A stretch of DNA of 64,000 bases from Ignavibacteriota bacterium (GTDB taxonomy: Bacteria; Bacteroidota; Ignavibacteria; UBA10030), in assembly GCA_963790045.1 (NCBI GenBank), contig CAWBMS010000013.1, positions 19,085 through 83,084 on the forward strand, read 5' to 3'. The notes beneath the pieces were generated by a model, which was given only the letters and a program-made list of their open reading frames with translations, was not told the DNA's origin and did not search any database. The first letter of the stretch is position 1; each line of letters begins with the position of its first letter. Made by a program: the position numbers and the translations under genes. Below are positions 17,698 to 29,948 of this stretch, piece by piece.

Positions 17698-18198
17698 TCA
17701 CTTCGCTCTTTTATAAAGCGGTAGATGAAGTTTACGCGCAATCGCATCCGCTAATCCCTCACCGGCAACACCAAACGACCAGTAAAACAAATACTGGATC
17801 GGATGCTGCTTCTGTATGGATTTGATGGATTGAATCATTAACCGCTTCGCTAATCCTTTGCCGCGATATTCCGGCAGCACGAGTGCAGAACACAAATACA
17901 CCGCATCGTACGTTTTTCCTGCGTGAGTTCGTCTCAGCAATTCGCGTTCAGTAATTTGTTTGCGGATAAAGAGTTCCATCAGCCGACGCGATGTTGGAAG
18001 CACCAGCATCCATGCAACGGGGCCGTTGCACGTACTTTTTTCTGTGATACTTGCAGGATGAATCTTCTTCAGACGCGCCATTACATGATCATTGACTTGA
18101 ATTTGTTCGGGATGATGTTTTGCTCCGAAGAATTCTTCGGCAAGCTGAATCATTCGTTCAAGATTTTCGTTCAACATACCTGCACCTTTTCCTTCCAT
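17698..18198 (-). CDS. GNAT family N-acetyltransferase
   Basis: LPEYRGKGLAKRLM acetyl-CoA binding motif. Confidence 0.7.
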   Translation of the reverse strand: MEGKGAGMLNENLERMIQLAEEFFGAKHHPEQIQVNDHVMARLKKIHPASITEKSTCNGPVAWMLVLPTSRRLMELFIRKQITERELLRRTHAGKTYDAVYLCSALVLPEYRGKGLAKRLMIQSIKSIQKQHPIQYLFYWSFGVAGEGLADAIARKLHLPLYKRAK

Positions 18199-18291
18199 GC
18201 AAAGAACAAAGATACCGCGAGAATGTCAAGGTTGATGTGAACGAAATGGAACCGAAATAGCCGTGAAAAAGTATTTTTGAAATGTAGAATG

Positions 18292-19227
18292 CTACAAGAC
18301 TGCTTCTTCAAAATTTTCTTGAGTTGCAAAATAATATGCCATCAACAATACACCGGCAATTCCCACCGCAACGAGAACGCCTAACCATGTCGGCCGGTAG
18401 GTGAACATCTCCAGCGCCGTGCGGTCATCCGGCGTTCGGTATAACGAAAGAACTGCGCACAGATTGTTGGTACAATGTGCCGCCATTCCGGGGAAAATGC
18501 TTTTGCTGCGATAAAAGAAAAATCCGAACAGGATGCCAAGCAGTGACAGCGACAACAAATTGATGGGCTGCATGTGAAACAATCCGAAAATGATGCCGGC
18601 GATGAAAATGCTTTTAACACCGAGTGCGCGTTCTAATGTTCGCTGTACATATCCGCGAAAAAGAATTTCTTCGCACAACGCCGGGCTTAAACACACCACA
18701 AAGATCAGCCAGAGTAATTCTTCCCGGCTGTAGGATGTGAATACTTGCGCATTGATACGCGATAAAAAATCCGGAATATGTAGCCGTTCGATAAAAAATT
18801 CACCGATGGCTTCATTCAATGGAAGCACACAAAGCGTTACGGCAACAGCAAGAACGACTTCGAAAAGAGGAATGCGTTTGAATCGAATATAAGCTGCCAC
18901 ATTGGTCGAATGCCAGCGTTTGACGATCCATAGTGTGGGCAACAGCATGCAACCAAATTGAGAAACAACAACGGCGATCCGCATCGGCCCTTTCATCACC
19001 ATTGCCATGTGTGTTAATTGTTCAACGAATGTTTTTCCATGAACCGATGTGTGATTTCGAACAGCATCAACCATCAAGAGTATTCCGCTTAGAAGTGCCT
19101 GAGCATGGAAATAGAGAACGCCGACAATCAGCAAACCCAGGAAAGCTGCCGCCGTCGAACTGCGATGTTTTTGTTCCCACGAACCGTTCAACGCTGGCAT
19201 CGTGGAATGATTTCGTTTTTCTTCCAA
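18292..19227 (-). CDS. CPBP family intramembrane glutamic endopeptidase (CAAX protease-like)
   Basis: EEILFRG, FGLFH and HCTNN motifs in a polytopic protein. Confidence 0.85.
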   Translation of the reverse strand: MEEKRNHSTMPALNGSWEQKHRSSTAAAFLGLLIVGVLYFHAQALLSGILLMVDAVRNHTSVHGKTFVEQLTHMAMVMKGPMRIAVVVSQFGCMLLPTLWIVKRWHSTNVAAYIRFKRIPLFEVVLAVAVTLCVLPLNEAIGEFFIERLHIPDFLSRINAQVFTSYSREELLWLIFVVCLSPALCEEILFRGYVQRTLERALGVKSIFIAGIIFGLFHMQPINLLSLSLLGILFGFFFYRSKSIFPGMAAHCTNNLCAVLSLYRTPDDRTALEMFTYRPTWLGVLVAVGIAGVLLMAYYFATQENFEEAVL

Positions 19228-19235
19228 CGGCGCTA

Positions 19236-20240
19236 TTACATTTGGTTAAAATCCATCGGTTGGGAAGATGAATCTGGCAGAAGAGGTTCTGGAGACGGTT
19301 GTTTCATCGCGTTGCTTCTGGCGCGCAAATCGACATACATCACCACCGTATAGACCGGAGTAATAAGCAGCGTAAGCAAATAATTTATTCCGGTACCGAT
19401 ACTGATGCCCGGTCCAAAGGATGATTCCATATTTTTTATCGCTACGGGATCGATATTGCCGCCGGTTTTTCCCAGCATCGTAAAAGATTCTTTATACACG
19501 TCCCACATACTGCCGAACGTAATCGGCAGCGACACAATCATAATGACCAATTGTGTGATCAACGTGAATAACATTAAAATACCGAACGTTCGCCACCAAT
19601 ATCCCGTTACTAATTCCCAGCTTCCTTTTAATGATTCGATCACGGTCATATCATCTACCGCAACAGCAGTCAATGAAAAATACCATTTGAGCACAACATA
19701 GCTCGCGACCGGTACAATACCGATCAGCAATAGCACAAGAACAAATCCCATCAGCACTTTTGAAACAGCAGCAAGTACGGCAAGAATAATGCCCACGACA
19801 ATAGCACCAACCACAAAAATACCAATTTGGAGCAATGCCTGACCGATACCATACAACCATTTTCCATGAAAAGTTTCATCGATAGCATCGCGAAAAGAAA
19901 TGGTACGAGAATTCAATTCTTCATTCACGACAACGCTGATGGCAATCTCAGCGAGCATAACCCCCAGCAACAGGACAAGTGTCGCAACACCGAAAAAAGA
20001 TAAAGCGCCGAGCAGCGACATGATGATATTGAAACTATTTTCTTTCGGAATACTTTGAAGTGATTCCTGCAAATCTGTTAAGGACGAGTAAAAACTATCC
20101 GCAGCAATCGCCATCAATATCATCGGGATGGCAAGAAATAGAAGCGCGATGATGAGATTGCGGACAAACGTTTTGCCAATGAGGGTGAATGTTTTTTCAA
20201 AAATATCGCCCAACTCCATTGGAGCTATTGGAACATTCAT
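19236..20240 (-). CDS. polytopic membrane protein (hypothetical)
   Basis: 334 aa, about 6 TM segments. Lies directly upstream of the CPBP protease on the same strand. Confidence 0.55.
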   Translation of the reverse strand: MNVPIAPMELGDIFEKTFTLIGKTFVRNLIIALLFLAIPMILMAIAADSFYSSLTDLQESLQSIPKENSFNIIMSLLGALSFFGVATLVLLLGVMLAEIAISVVVNEELNSRTISFRDAIDETFHGKWLYGIGQALLQIGIFVVGAIVVGIILAVLAAVSKVLMGFVLVLLLIGIVPVASYVVLKWYFSLTAVAVDDMTVIESLKGSWELVTGYWWRTFGILMLFTLITQLVIMIVSLPITFGSMWDVYKESFTMLGKTGGNIDPVAIKNMESSFGPGISIGTGINYLLTLLITPVYTVVMYVDLRARSNAMKQPSPEPLLPDSSSQPMDFNQM

Positions 20241-20515
20241 ATAACTACTCCTCTCTATAGAACTTCAATATGAATAATACCGTCTCTTAGCAATCGCATC
20301 GATTCCACGTATGAATCGGAAATTCAGAAACGACCTTTCCTTTTACGGAAAGGAACATTTCTTATGACGTTGTATCGTCTTAATAACTGGCGGTTATTCA
20401 TTGAGGAGAATATACATGATGCTTTACGAAAAAGAAAGAAATATTTTTGGACTGGATACTTTTCACCCCGACTAAAAAAGCGGCTCACAGCATACCACGA
20501 ACAACAACAGACAGA

Positions 20516-23168
20516 TTATCCGCCGATCCAATAGCTTAACTTAATAATAAAGATATTATCCGGTTTGGCGCCAGAAAGCAAATTGGTGGCACGATGAAAT
20601 TCGAAATCGCCGTAGTCGTTCGAATCCGAGCGAGTTTGTGTCCACACAAAATACAACGTAGAACCGGGCATGTATTCCCATCGTAAAACGGCGTTACCGC
20701 GCAAGGAAACATAATTGAAATTCGGATTTGATTCTGAAACCACATGATCCGGGTTTCCATCCGGACTGAGATCATAGGAAATCGATCCATCGCTTCCAAT
20801 GTTTTTTACAATCGTCGATCCCTCTTCTCCATAGTTTATAAAATCCAGCGTTCGCGATTGACGAAGCATTTTGTAATTCGTAAAATCTCCTGAGGATAGA
20901 AACGGCTGCACGTATATTTGCAAACTTAACTTTGGCGTCAAAGTCCAATCCACACGAAACTGTGCAGAAAGTTCTTTGTAATTCAAATCGGCGAAGATAC
21001 ACCGCCTGCCGTTCGTTGCCGTCGCCGCAGCGTCATCATAAATATCGATATAATGTGCATCATCGACCGATAATGTATATGCGGGTGTGAACGACAAAGA
21101 CAGATTTGCAACGGGACGCATCGTCAAGGGCAGACCAAACCCATTATAAAAACCGCTGACGCTTTTATTCGCAGACCAATAAATTTCTGCCGAATACTGA
21201 TCGCGATAATCGGTCCAATAATCGAACGACCACTCATTTGTCGGCATATTCGCTGTTTGCGGACCGCCGCGCGTCAGAAAATCGTTGTATGTCTTAAATC
21301 CATAATCGTACGAAATATTGCAGGTATGATAGTTCGGCAATTGATACGTCAATTGTGTCCATAATCCCCGCCACGTTTCGTTCCCGCCAAAATCTAGCTT
21401 ACCAAAGACCGAACCGTAAAGATTAATATACCGATAATACGACGTCGGATCGTTCCACTTATAACCTCCGGCAACATGATAGTTGATGATATTCAGCGCG
21501 AGAAAAATATCCGAGATCGCTGCAATCGAATCCCGGGCTGATGATGCCGACGGCAGAGTTGAGCATCCAATTTCCTTTTTGTTTGTTCAGTGTTACACGC
21601 CCCGCATAACCAGACATCGACGTAGCATTGCTGTCAACAGAAAGATACGATGCATCTGGACGCTGAAAGTAATGCGCGAAATTCTGCTGCAAGCTAATCA
21701 TACGATCTTGTGTTCCCTCAACATACGAACCCGCAGCCCAACCGGAAACCATATAAACTTTTCCGGTATCCAACGCAGTCCAGCCATCGATTCCCAACAC
21801 ATACGAAGCTTCGTTCACATCCGATTTTATAGCAATATCGCTGAATGAACGATTCACACCTGTAAACAACATTCCGAATCCTTGTTTCCCGTCGTTAAAA
21901 TCTTTTTGAACGCGTTCGATACTGTACAATGTCAACGGTTCCACTTCCAAACTGCTCTTTGTTCCATTCGCTTCCATATCGGCAAATTCACGTCGTGTTA
22001 CTGCTTCAATCGCACCAATGTTCCAGCCATCGGAAACTTTTCCGGTGATTTTTGCAGCCCCAAGAATATGTGCCGCAAGCGGAATATCGGCATAATCATA
22101 ATCCGGCATGCTGCGTTCAGGCGCACGCCCGATGCGGCGGCTGTAAAAAATGTTTGGTGATGACCAGCTAAATCCCCAAAAACTATTGACGCCTCCTTGT
22201 CCGAACGAAAAGATATTCATGCCTTCAAGAAAGAACGGGCGCTTTTCATTATAATAAGTTTCAACATCGCTTAAGTTCACGACCGCCGGATCAACTTCCA
22301 CCTGTCCGAAATCAGGATTGATCGTTCCCTCTAAAATCATATTATTACCCAACCCATATTTCAGATCCCCACCGACGTTTGTAGAATATTTTGATCCATT
22401 GTTGAACGGATCACCCGCTGCTGGATTCGAGTATTCCGCGCGTTCGTTGATGTATGGCAAAACTTCTATTCGCGCAGGCGGTGTGATGTGTTCGATGCCG
22501 AGCAATTCGGGAAAACGGGAAACAAAGCCACTTTGATTTCGCGGAGTATAAGTAAGGTACGCACTTTCTTTTTTTCGCCCGATGTACCGTTCAAAATCAA
22601 TTCCCCAAACATAGTGATCGCTCGGTTTAAAGCGTAACTGTGAAAATGGAATACGCATTTCCACACACCATCCCTCCGATGTGATGGTACGTTTGGCTTC
22701 CCACACGCCATCCCACGTTGCATCGCTCCAATCATCGTTATATTCAATCCCGTCGATTTGCGTGCCGCCGGCGGTAAGAACAAAATAAAATCCGTTGCGT
22801 TTGTCATGATAGGAATCGATAGCAACGCCGAAAAAATCTGCACCGATGTCGTTATCACGTCTTGACAAACGAGCGATGATTGAATCGGGATGCGAGTCTT
22901 TCATTCGTGCAGCGATATACAACGCATTATCATCGTACGCTACCCACACTTCTGTGGATTCCGTGACGGCTTTCCCTTGATTGGGATCTTGCTGAAAGAA
23001 TCCTGTCGTGCCGGGACGCTGCCATACTGTTTCCGACAATATGCCGTCGATATGAATCGACTCTGTCGTCCGCACTGCTGTTACCGACGTAACCAATTTC
23101 GGTGTCTGCCCCAGAAGCAAATTCCAAACGAACATCATTCCAACAAACACCGCTATCCAATAACGCAT
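20516..23168 (-). pseudogene. DUF5916 / CBM9-like outer-membrane protein, interrupted by a +1 frame change near 21488
   Basis: 569-aa ORF (signal peptide, IDGILSE..W, DSYHDKRNGFYF) ends at ...LGYFSRAEY. Skipping c at 21488 continues as INYHVAGGYKWNDPTSYYRYINL..., in frame with the 278-aa ORF 20516-21352. Confidence 0.75.
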
Positions 23169-23337
23169 CCTGTTCTCCTAATTTTCTTTTCTTACGTTGA
23201 TACTATGACTGGAGTTGCACTCAAAAGGTTGGTGCGTTATATTAACTTAATAAAATATTTGTGAACGTATCATCCACAACACAATAATAGAAGGTCCGAA
23301 TCTGAATCTCCATTTCCATGCATACGGCTCCAGTGAT

Positions 23338-24075
23338 TTGCCTGCACTCATTATTTTGCATGGGTTGTTTGGATCATCGGATAATTGGCATTCGTTGGGC
23401 AATGTATTTGGAGAACGATTTTACACACTCATTCCCGATGCCCGCAACCACGGCAGATCGCCGCACAGTGATGATTTCGATTATCAGGTGCTGGCAGACG
23501 ATGTTGTTGAATTTATTCAACAACATCGTCTTGCATCAGCATCGCTCCTCGGCCATTCGATGGGCGGCAAGACGGCAATGCTTGTAGCACTGCAGCATCC
23601 TGAACTCATCGACAAACTTATTGTTGTCGATATGGCACCGCGCGCATATCCACCGGAACATGAAATCATTTTTGAAGCGTTGAATTCTATCAATCTCTCG
23701 GTCATGGTTCGAAGAATCGATATTGAAACAAAACTTGCACAACATCTTGCTGATGAAGCAACGATTCAGTTATTGATGAAAAATCTTGCGCGGGATGAAC
23801 AAGGAAAATTTCGATGGAAAATCAATCTGCCCGTCATCCAAAAAAATTACGATTCCATGAACACTGCGCTTCCGACACAACAAATGCGTTTTGAAAAACC
23901 GGCGTTATTCATTCGCGGCGAGCATTCGGAATATATTTTATTGGAAGATTTGAGACCCATTGCAGCATTATTCCCTCGCGCGGAATTGATCACCATTAAA
24001 AACGCTGCACACTGGGTTCATGCCGATGCGCCGGAAGATTTCGCACAAACAGTTTTAGAATTCCTCCTTTCTTGA
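23338..24075 (+). CDS. alpha/beta hydrolase (YbfF-like esterase)
   Basis: ILHGLFGSSDNW...GHSMGGK...HWVHAD. Family-like residues (LNLHFHAYGSSDLP) continue upstream to ~23302 with no ATG/GTG, so the true start is uncertain. Confidence 0.75.
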   Translation: MPALIILHGLFGSSDNWHSLGNVFGERFYTLIPDARNHGRSPHSDDFDYQVLADDVVEFIQQHRLASASLLGHSMGGKTAMLVALQHPELIDKLIVVDMAPRAYPPEHEIIFEALNSINLSVMVRRIDIETKLAQHLADEATIQLLMKNLARDEQGKFRWKINLPVIQKNYDSMNTALPTQQMRFEKPALFIRGEHSEYILLEDLRPIAALFPRAELITIKNAAHWVHADAPEDFAQTVLEFLLS

Positions 24076-24163
24076 TGGCTTGCCGAAACATTTCGTTTCT
24101 TTCTGCCGTCTATATCTATTATATTAGATTCAAATAGAGATCCATTCATAAGAGGAAGGTACT

Positions 24164-26927
24164 ATGAAACCTATGGCCATTTTTGTAATCCTCACACTTG
24201 TTGCGGCACTTGTGCCGATGATCGTCTTTGCACAAAAACAAACCGCAAAAGAAAAAGCAGTCAATATCAATATCCCGTACAAAAAAATTTGTGCTCGATA
24301 ACGGTTTAACGCTGATCGTGCACGAAGACCACAAAGCACCGATTGTTGCGGTAAACGTGTGGTACCATGTCGGTTCGAAGAACGAAAAATTCGGGCGCAC
24401 CGGATTCGCACATTTATTTGAACACCTGATGTTCAACGGCAGCGAAAACAATAACGATGATTATTTTCAGGCGATGGAACGCATTGGCGCAACAGATTTG
24501 AACGGCACAACCAGCGAAGACCGTACGAATTATTTTCAGAATGTTCCGACTTCGGCAGTCGATGTTGCCTTGTGGATGGAATCCGACCGGATGGGACATT
24601 TGATCGGCGCCATCGATCAAGGAAAATTAGATGAACAGCGCGGCGTTGTGCAAAACGAAAAACGCCAAGGAGAAAATCAACCGTATGCCATCGCTGAAGA
24701 TCTGATCACCAATGCAACGTGGCCGACGGAACATCCATATTCTCACACGGTCATCGGTTCGATGGAAGATTTGAACGCTGCTTCGGTGAATGATGTACAC
24801 GAATGGTTCAAAACATATTACGGCGCGGCAAACGCCACGCTTGTTGTTGCCGGAGATATCGATGCCGATACCGCGCTTGCAAAGGTTAAAAAATATTTCG
24901 GCGATATTCCTTCCGGCCCTCCGGTAGCACATTTTAATTCGTGGGTTGTAAAACGCACCGGTACACAACGGCAAGACGCGCAGGATCGTGTACCGCAAGC
25001 ACGCATTTACAAAGTTTGGAACATTCCGCAGCGTGGAACTCCTGAAACATCGTATCTCGATCTCGTCAGCGATGTGCTTGCTTCCGGAAAAACTTCTCGC
25101 CTTTACAAACGGTTAGTGTACGATGATCAAATTGCGACGCAGGTGAATTCGTATTTAGATGACCGCGAGATCGCGGGACAATTTTATATCGAAGTCACAG
25201 CAAAGCAAGGCGAAGATATGAAAAAAGTCGAGCGTGCGATTGATGAAGAGCTTGCGAAGTTTCTCAAATCCGGCCCGACAGAAAAAGAATTGAATCGCGT
25301 GAAGACACAATACAAAGCCGGATTCATTCGCGGCTTGGAACGCATCGGCGGCTTCGGCGGCAAATCCAATATCCTTGCGATGAGTCAGGTGTATGGCGGA
25401 AGCCCGGATGCATGGAAAATAAATTATCAAAATGTTCTTTCGGCAACGGAAAAGGATTTACAAAAAGCTGCCAACGACTGGCTGAGTGACGGTTCCTATA
25501 TTTTAACGATCCATCCGTTCCCCAATTTTTCAACTACGCCAACGGATACGACCGTACGAAAATCGCTTCCCAAGCCGGGAACGCCGCCCGAAGCAACGTT
25601 CCCTGCTTTACAGCGTGCAACGCTTTCCAACGGTCTGAAAATTATTTTTGCAGAACGAAAATCCATTCCCGTCGTCAACTTCAATTTGATGTTCGACGCA
25701 GGATATGCCGCTGATCAATTTGCCGCGCCCGGCACCGCCGCGCTTGCAATGAATATGCTCGACGAAGGCACAACCACACGCAACGCATTGCAGATCAGCG
25801 AAGAACTTGCGAACCTCGGAGCAAATTTGTACACAGGATCGAATCTTGATATGTCCAATCTTTCGCTCTCGGCGTTAAAATCCAATCTTGATGCCTCGCT
25901 TGCATTGTATGCCGATGTGCTGCTGCATCCGTCATTCCCGAAAGAAGATTTTGATCGTTTGCAAAAGCAAACAATTGCCGGCATTCAACGAGAAAAAACA
26001 CAACCTGTACAAATGGGATTGCGCGTACTTCCAAGTCTCCTCTACGGGAAAAATCATGCTTACAGCATCCCGTTCACCGGTTCAGGATCGGAAGAGTCAG
26101 TTGCAAAGATGACGCGAGAAGATATGATAAATTTTTATCAAACATGGCTCAAGCCCAACCATGCAACACTCGTGATTGTCGGCGACATTACGCTTGCTGA
26201 ATTGCAGCCGAAGTTAGAAAAATTGTTTGCAGGATGGAAGTCAGGCAACATCCCGCAAAAAAATATCGGCGCCGTTCAATTGCCGACAAAGTCTTCAATT
26301 TATATTATAGATAAACCCGGCGCGCAGCAATCGATTATTTTCCCTTCAAACATTACGCTGCCGAAAAATAATCCTGACGCGATTGCCATCGAAGCTATGA
26401 ACACCATCCTGGGCGGCGCCTTTACCTCTCGCATCAACATGAATTTGCGCGAAGATAAACATTGGTCGTATGGTTCCGGCAGTTTTGTGTATGAGGCACG
26501 CGGGCAGCAACCATTCCTCGCGTACGGCATTGTGCAAACAGATAAAACCAAAGAATCAATGATTGAACTGAATAAAGAACTGCGCAACATTCTCGGCACG
26601 CGCCCCGCCACAGCCGATGAATTGTTGAAGGTCCAAAACAATATGACGTTGGAATTACCCGGTTCGTGGGAAACCAACAGCAGAGTTGCCGGTTCTATCA
26701 TTGAAATGGTCCGTTTCGGTTACAGCGACAACTATTTTTCAACGTACGTCAAAAAAATCAAGAGTTTGACTTTAGATGACATTACTAGAGCAGCAAAGGA
26801 AGTCGTGTACCCCGACAACATTACGTGGTTAGTCGTTGGCGACCGTGCAAAGATTGAAGCCGGTATCCGCGAGCTTGGATTCGGTGAAGTGCACTTGATC
26901 GATACAAATGGAAACGTGATTCAATAA
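24164..26927 (+). pseudogene. M16 (pitrilysin/insulinase) family zinc peptidase, two-lobe; frame change in an A7 run (24281-24287)
   Basis: ATG 24164 with AGGAAGG Shine-Dalgarno gives signal peptide MKPMAIFVILTLVAALVPMIVFA...NIPYKK. One A fewer joins this to FVLDNGLTLIVHEDHK...HLFEHLMFNG (HxxEH) in the 899-aa ORF. Confidence 0.85.
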
Positions 26928-26937
26928 TTTTATTAAT

Positions 26938-26969
26938 GAATGGGGATAAGATGAATCTTATCCCCATTC
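26938..26969 (+). terminator. stem-loop after the M16 peptidase
   Basis: Perfect 13-bp stem gaatggggataag/cttatccccattc with a 6-nt loop. The U-tract is weak. Confidence 0.5.
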
Positions 26970-26981
26970 GTTCTTCATTCC

Positions 26982-27369
26982 ATGATGTATCGACAACTCA
27001 CAATATTTCTTTTCCTTCTTGCTATATCATTTTCATTGTATAGTCAAGAAAAGAATTTATCGACCGACACTGCTGTTACAAATATAAATTTTTTTGTTCC
27101 GCCGTTACCTTTTGAACGGACGGAATCTACCTCTTCCTCCTTCCTTAACACTTATAACAACAAATTATTCTCTGGAATATTTGCGTGCATCTTTAACTGC
27201 ACCGCCTTCGCTCACCGAAAAAACAAATCGTGAACTTCAGGATATCTGGCAACACGAACTTGCCTTACAGAATGAAGGCAAGACATGGAAAACCATTCTC
27301 TCTTCTCTAAAAATGGGGGGAACGGCTTACATGCTTTATGAGCATGTTCGAAAGTATGGGTTGAAATAA
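26982..27369 (+). CDS. small secreted hypothetical protein, possibly split at a T7 run (27089-27095)
   Basis: ORF 26982-27233 carries a signal peptide. ORF 27094-27369 is in the +1 frame and is long and stop-free. Confidence 0.35.
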
Positions 27370-27603
27370 TTATCTGTTCAATTTTATTTTTATCTCTTTG
27401 TTCTTTTGAAATCATTTAGAAAAAAAATTTCGGAACTGAATTAACATATAAATTCTGTGATCTCTTTCTTATTACTTATCTTTTACAATTCTGGAACTAT
27501 CACCTGCACCTTTAATGCCCGGAGGAGTGCCACCATCACGATACGCTGAGCGACATCTCCATGATTGCAGATTTCATGTTAATCCATTTAAGTAATTATG
27601 ATA

Positions 27604-29022
27604 TTATTCTACAGGAAAATATTTTTGAAGAAAACTCATCATTTTATTCCACGAATCAATTTGCGCAGCAGCATTCTCTGAATCCTTACCTCCCACATTT
27701 ATTTGATCATATTTATAATTTACAGTTGGCATTAGATCTGGTCCATAAATAAGATGCCCGGTATTATCATAATTTAAACACACGACTTGATGTTCAAATT
27801 TTAAACTGTCTAATCGATTTTTAATCATTTGGCACATATCATAAGATGGCCATACCTTATCATCTTTCCCTGCAATCAGTAAAACCGGACCGTTAATTTT
27901 TTCAACTTCAATAAGTGCTGGTTCAATTATCGATTTATCCTCAGTGATAATAGGTTCAAAGATTTCACGAAGTACAATCTGTTTAGAATTGGTGATAAAT
28001 TTCCAGAAAAATGAAAAGCCAATATTGCATTTAAGGTAAGGAAGGTCTTTACCATTGAATGTCCATGATGATTTACTGCTAAAACTAGGCCCATTTGGTA
28101 TTCCCTGCCATCGAACATTACTTGGTACGAATGCTATTGCACCTTTAATATCTCTGCGCATCGATGCTACCAATAAAGCAGCTTCTCCACCTTTTGAAAA
28201 TCCTAAAATGACAATCTTATTAGTATCAATGAATTGTTTTTCTTTGGCCCAATTAATTGAATTGAAAAAATATTCAACAGGTATTCTTTCCAGATTCTTG
28301 GGAAGATTATCCATGCCAAAATAACCCAAGGCCAGAACCGCATAACCATGAGAAGAAATTATTTTAGCACGATCGTCCACTTCTTTCATTCCACCACCCG
28401 AACCACCTAACATGATAACAAGCGGCAAGTTATTTTTGTTTTTGGGATAATAGAAGTTTGCAACCATTTCCTTATTTCTTATCACCTCACAATAAATATC
28501 GGGTGTTTCCAACACTAGTTGAAGTTCATTTTTTGAAATGATCTTTCTGTCTACTTCCAATTGAAAATATATCGTATTCAATTTCAGATTCTTTATTTCA
28601 AACGGTAATTCTTCATTTCTATAGGATGGTTTTGTCATTGACCAAAAAATACCCAAAGAATCAGCACCTGAATATGTGGCTGATATCGGTATATCATTAT
28701 TAAGCTGTATTAGTCCTTTGGTGTCGGTCTTAAAGCAGGCAAATGAATAAATAATATCTTCCCATTTTCTACGATAGGCATGTAATGTAATATTTCTATT
28801 TGGCGGTAAATGATCTAGCATGATATGAATGGAAGTGCCCATCATAACTTTATTTGATGGTTCTATTATTATGCAATCGTCACGGTTTGTTGTATCCGCT
28901 TTAATTTTGATAAATTTAGAGAATTCAGAATCTCTTAATTCATCAGACTTTTGCGGGATATTATACGAACAACCTGATACCATCAGGATGGAAGTCAAAA
29001 CAAAATAAATTGTGTTTTTCAT
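27604..29022 (-). CDS. BAAT / acyl-CoA thioester hydrolase family lipoprotein
   Basis: Lipobox LMVSGC; GFSKGGEAALLVAS nucleophile elbow; GKDDKVWPS; TGHLI. AT-rich gene. Confidence 0.7.
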   Translation of the reverse strand: MKNTIYFVLTSILMVSGCSYNIPQKSDELRDSEFSKFIKIKADTTNRDDCIIIEPSNKVMMGTSIHIMLDHLPPNRNITLHAYRRKWEDIIYSFACFKTDTKGLIQLNNDIPISATYSGADSLGIFWSMTKPSYRNEELPFEIKNLKLNTIYFQLEVDRKIISKNELQLVLETPDIYCEVIRNKEMVANFYYPKNKNNLPLVIMLGGSGGGMKEVDDRAKIISSHGYAVLALGYFGMDNLPKNLERIPVEYFFNSINWAKEKQFIDTNKIVILGFSKGGEAALLVASMRRDIKGAIAFVPSNVRWQGIPNGPSFSSKSSWTFNGKDLPYLKCNIGFSFFWKFITNSKQIVLREIFEPIITEDKSIIEPALIEVEKINGPVLLIAGKDDKVWPSYDMCQMIKNRLDSLKFEHQVVCLNYDNTGHLIYGPDLMPTVNYKYDQINVGGKDSENAAAQIDSWNKMMSFLQKYFPVE

Positions 29023-29074
29023 AAATAATCCTATTAAGTAGTTAATAAAATAAACCATAATGACAAAAAAAATA

Positions 29075-29362
29075 CTATTTGGGATTTATATATTTCTTAA
29101 GGTTAATTACATAATTTTCAAATGCTTTTGTTCCTTTGCAGGTAATTGATATGGTAGTATTTGGATAATTATTTTTAAAAGATTTTTTAACTTGAATATA
29201 TCCTGCATCTTGTAATTTCTTTATCTGAATACTAATGTTTCCAGCCGCAGCATTAGTAGATTCTTTTATAAAAGTAAAATTGGCATCGTCCACTGTCATT
29301 AGAATAGAAATTATTGACAAACGAAGCTGCGAATGTAATAAGGGATCTAAATCGTTAAACAT
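29075..29362 (-). CDS. winged-helix transcriptional regulator (HTH_34-like)
   Basis: LDPLLHSQLRLSIISIL...FTFIKE...GNISIQIKKLQDAGYIQVKK matches the HTH_34 pattern. Confidence 0.7.
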   Translation of the reverse strand: MFNDLDPLLHSQLRLSIISILMTVDDANFTFIKESTNAAAGNISIQIKKLQDAGYIQVKKSFKNNYPNTTISITCKGTKAFENYVINLKKYINPK

Positions 29363-29948
29363 GTTCCTTCCTATCTGCCCTATTGAGTAAAATCCCAGGA
29401 ATTATCAATCCTACTAACGCTCCTAACATCATGCTAAACCCATGATAATCCCTGCTAACTAAGAAAGTACCGAATCCAATTAAATTCATTAAGATACCTC
29501 CAATAAATAGCGGTTTGAATTTAATGGATGATCCCGTAACAATCATAGATAAAGCAAACAAAATTAAAAATATTGGTGCAAGGGCATCACCAAGTTGCCG
29601 ACTAAAAAGAAAACCTAAAACCATAAGGTTTACACCCATCGCCCACCCCAACGTTCCTACTATCCTGCCGATTATAGTATTGGGCAGATTATTCTTTTTT
29701 ACTTTTCTCCTATCATATATAAATGTATAGATCGCCCCAAGCGGAAATAAAATAACAGTCCATATTATGTCAAATTTCTTGTATAATCCCGTTAATGAAA
29801 AAACATACTGACTAAAAAATACCGTAAACATCAAACAACCCCACAAAACAATTATGTGGCCGTTTTCTTCAAATCTTTTTTTAGTTTCTTCTATTGTCTT
29901 TGTAATTAACAAGAGACTTCCTTCGGGTGTTAAAGTTGTTTTGTCCAT
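29355..29948 (-). CDS. membrane protein (hypothetical), overlapping the regulator start by 8 nt
   Basis: 197 aa, about 5 TM segments. Confidence 0.55.
   Translation of the reverse strand: MDKTTLTPEGSLLLITKTIEETKKRFEENGHIIVLWGCLMFTVFFSQYVFSLTGLYKKFDIIWTVILFPLGAIYTFIYDRRKVKKNNLPNTIIGRIVGTLGWAMGVNLMVLGFLFSRQLGDALAPIFLILFALSMIVTGSSIKFKPLFIGGILMNLIGFGTFLVSRDYHGFSMMLGALVGLIIPGILLNRADRKEHV

Noticed and set aside
24281-24287. Programmed +1 frameshifting or phase variation as a general explanation for the split genes.
   Set aside because: There is no shared slippery or stall context (no in-frame stop, no common heptamer) across the nine sites. The insertion-type bias in short same-base runs fits sequencing error better. 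The idea is kept only as a caveat in the frameshift finding.
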